From Eledone cirrhosa (Eukaryota), in contig OZ024755.1 of assembly GCA_964016885.1 (NCBI GenBank), positions 38,750,001-38,814,000 of the forward strand: a stretch of DNA of 64,000 nt, in the 5' to 3' direction. The notes under the pieces were generated by a model that was not told where the DNA came from, searched no databases, and worked only from the letters and a program-made list of their open reading frames with translations. Each line of letters starts with the position of its first letter. Position 1 is the stretch's first letter. Positions 61,401-64,000 of this stretch are shown here, in pieces. Position numbers and translations under genes: made by a program.

Positions 61401-64000
61401 GTCTGTTGGAGATGTAATGTGGGTTGCAGGTGTAATGTGGGTTGGAGGTGTAATGTGGGTTGGAGGTGTAATGTCTGTTGGAGGTGTAATGTGGGTTGGA
61501 GGTGTAATGTGGGTTGGAGGTGTAATGTCTGTTGGAGGTGTAATGTCTGTTGGAGGTGTAATGTGGGTTGGAGGTGTAATGTGGGTTGGAGGTGTAATGT
61601 CTGTTGAAGGTGTAATGTGGGTTGGGGGTGTAATGTCTGTTGGAGGTGTAATGTCTGTTGGAGGTGTAATTTGGTTTGGAGGTGTATGTGGGTTGGAGGT
61701 GTAATGTCTGTTGTAGGTGTAATGTCTGTTGGAGGTGTAATGTGGGTTGGAGGTGTATGTGGGTTGGAGGTGTAATGTGGGTTGGAGGTGTATGTGGGTT
61801 GGAGGTGTAATGTCTGTTGGAGGTGTAATGTATGTTGGAGGTGTAATGTCTGTTGGAGGTGTAATGTGGGTTGGAGGTGTAATGTGGGTTGGAGGTGTAA
61901 TGTCTGTTGGAGGTGTAATGAGGGTTGGAGGTGTACTGTGGGTTGGAGGTGTAATGTCTGTTGGAGGTGTAATGTCTGTTGGAGGTGTAATGTAGGTTGG
62001 AGGTGTAATGTGGGTTGGAGGTGTAATGTGGGTTGGAGGTGTATGTGGGTTGGAGGTGTAATGTGGGTTGGAGGTGTAATGTGGGCTGGAGGTGTAATGT
62101 CTGTTGGAGATGTAATGTGGGTTGGAGGTGTAATGTGGGTTGGAGGTGTAATGTGGGTTGGAGGTGTAATGTCTGTTGGAGGTGTAATGTCTGTTGGAGG
62201 TGTACTGTGGGTTGGAAGTGTACTGTGGGTTGGAGGTGTAATGTGGGTTGGAGGTGTAATGTCTGTTGGAGGTGTAATGTGGCTTGGAGGTGTAATGTCT
62301 GTTGGAGCTGTAATGTGGGTTGGAGGTGTAATGTGGGTTGGAGGTGTAATGTGGGTTGGAGGTGTAATGTGGGTTGGAGGTGTAATGTCTGTTGGAGGTG
62401 TAATGTCTGTTGGAGGTGTAATGTGGGTTGAAGGTGTAATGTGGGTTGGAGGTGTAATATGGGCTGGAGGTGTAATGTCTGTTGGAGGTGTAATGTCTGT
62501 TGGAGGTGTAATGTGGGTTGGAGGTGTAATGTCTGTTGGAGGTGTAATGTCTGTTGGAGATGTAATGTGGGTTGGAGGTGTAATGTGGGTTGGAGGTGTA
62601 ATGTCAGTTGGAGGTGTAATGTCTGTTGGAGGTGTAATGTGGGTTGGAGGTGTAATGTCTGTTGGAGGTGTAATGTCTGTTGGAGGTGTAATGTGGGTTG
62701 GAGGTGTAATGTCTGTTGGAGCTGTAATGTGGGTTGGAGGTGTAATGTGGGTTGGAGGTGTAATGTGGGTTGGAGGTGTAATGTGGGTTGGAGGTGTAAT
62801 GTCTGTTGGAGGTGTAATGTAGGTTGGAGGTGTAATGTGGGTTGGAGGTGTAATGTGGGTTGGAGGTGTAATGTGGGTTGGAGGTGTAATGTCTGTTGGA
62901 GGTGTAATGTGGGTTGGAGGTGTAATGTGGGTTGGAGGTGTAATGTGGGCTGGAGGTGTAATGTGGGTTGGAGGTGTAATGTCTGTTGGAGGTGTAATGT
63001 CTGTTGGAGGTGTAATGTGGGTTGGAGGTGTAATGTGGGTTGGAGGTGTAATGTCAGTTGGAGGTGTAATGTCTGTTGGAGGTGTAATGTGGGTTGGAGG
63101 TGTAATGTCTGTTGGAGGTGTAATGTGGGTTGGAGGTGTAATGTGGGTTGGAGGTGTAATGTGGGTTGGAGGTGTAATGTGGGTTGGGGGTGTAATGTCT
63201 GTTGGAGGTGTAATGTAGGTTGGAGGTGTAATGTGGGTTGGAGGTGTAATGTGGGTTGGAGGTGTAATGTGGGTTGGGGGTGTAATGTGGGTTGGGGGTG
63301 TAATGTCTGTTGGAGGTGTAATGTAGGTTGGAGGTGTAATGTCTGTTGGAGGTGTAATGTGGATTGGAGGTGTAATGTGGGTTGGAGGTGTAATGTCTGT
63401 TGGAGGTGTAATGAGGGTTGGAGGTGTAATGTGGGTTGGAGGTGTAATGTCTGTTGGAGCTGTAATGTGGGTTGGAGGTGCAATGTGGGTTGGAGGTGTA
63501 ATGTGGGTTGGAGGTGTAATGTGGGTTGGGGGTGTAATGTCTGTTGGAGGTGTAATGTAGGTTGGAGGTGTAATGTCTGTTGGAGGTGTAATGTGGATTG
63601 GAGGTGTAATGTCTGTTGGAGGTGTAATGAGGGTTGGAGGTGTAATGTGGGTTGGAGTTGTAATGTCTGTTGGAGGTGTAATGTCTGTTGTAGGTGTAAT
63701 GTGGGTTGGAGGTGTAATGTCTGTTGGAGGTGTAATGAGGGTTGGAGGTGTAATGTGGGTTGGAGGTGTAATGTCTGTTGGAGGTGTAATGTCTGTTGGA
63801 GGTGTACTGTGGGTTGGAGGTGTAATGTAGGTTGGAGGTGTAATGTAGGTTGGAGGTGTAATGTCTGTTGGAGGTGTAATGTGGGTTGGAGGTGTAATGT
63901 GGGTTGGAGGTGTAATGTCTGTTGGAGGTGTAATGTCTGTTGTAGGTGTAATGTGGGTTGGAGGTGTAATGTCTGTTGGAGGTGTAATGAGGGTTGGAGG
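58484..64000. repeat. 18-bp G/T-rich satellite running off the window end
   Basis: ggaggtgtaatgt(gg|ct)gtt units. Confidence 0.98.

Noticed and set aside
58505-63830. Long ORFs (VGGVMW, WRCNV, LHLQPT repeats)
   Set aside because: By-products of an 18-bp unit lacking stops in several frames; 17-bp units shift frames freely

Overview
AT-rich, microsatellite-dense animal genomic DNA, most likely octopus/cephalopod (inferred from the recurring tRNA-derived SINE, abundant (TA)n and (CA)n tracts, and the retroelement mix). The only clearly intact protein-coding unit is a full-length two-ORF Tx1/L1-clade LINE (14613-20338) inserted in a (TATC)n microsatellite. The rest comprises two non-autonomous Helitrons, degraded RLE-type and RTE LINE fragments, SINEs and large tandem arrays (54/42, 28, ~530, 99, 37, 25 and 18 bp units). 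The main signal invisible to the ORF track is a set of about 8 well-formed and several decayed type I hammerhead ribozyme motifs of unrelated sequence. They sit in short (TA)n-bounded segments, often beside long fold-back palindromes, consistent with Penelope-like element or retrozyme remnants; several have unusually long stem II insertions. A second candidate is a possible Cys/Arg-rich host ORF (10149-14321) expanded by a 4-kb coding minisatellite. All calls were made by eye; no searches or folding programs were run.
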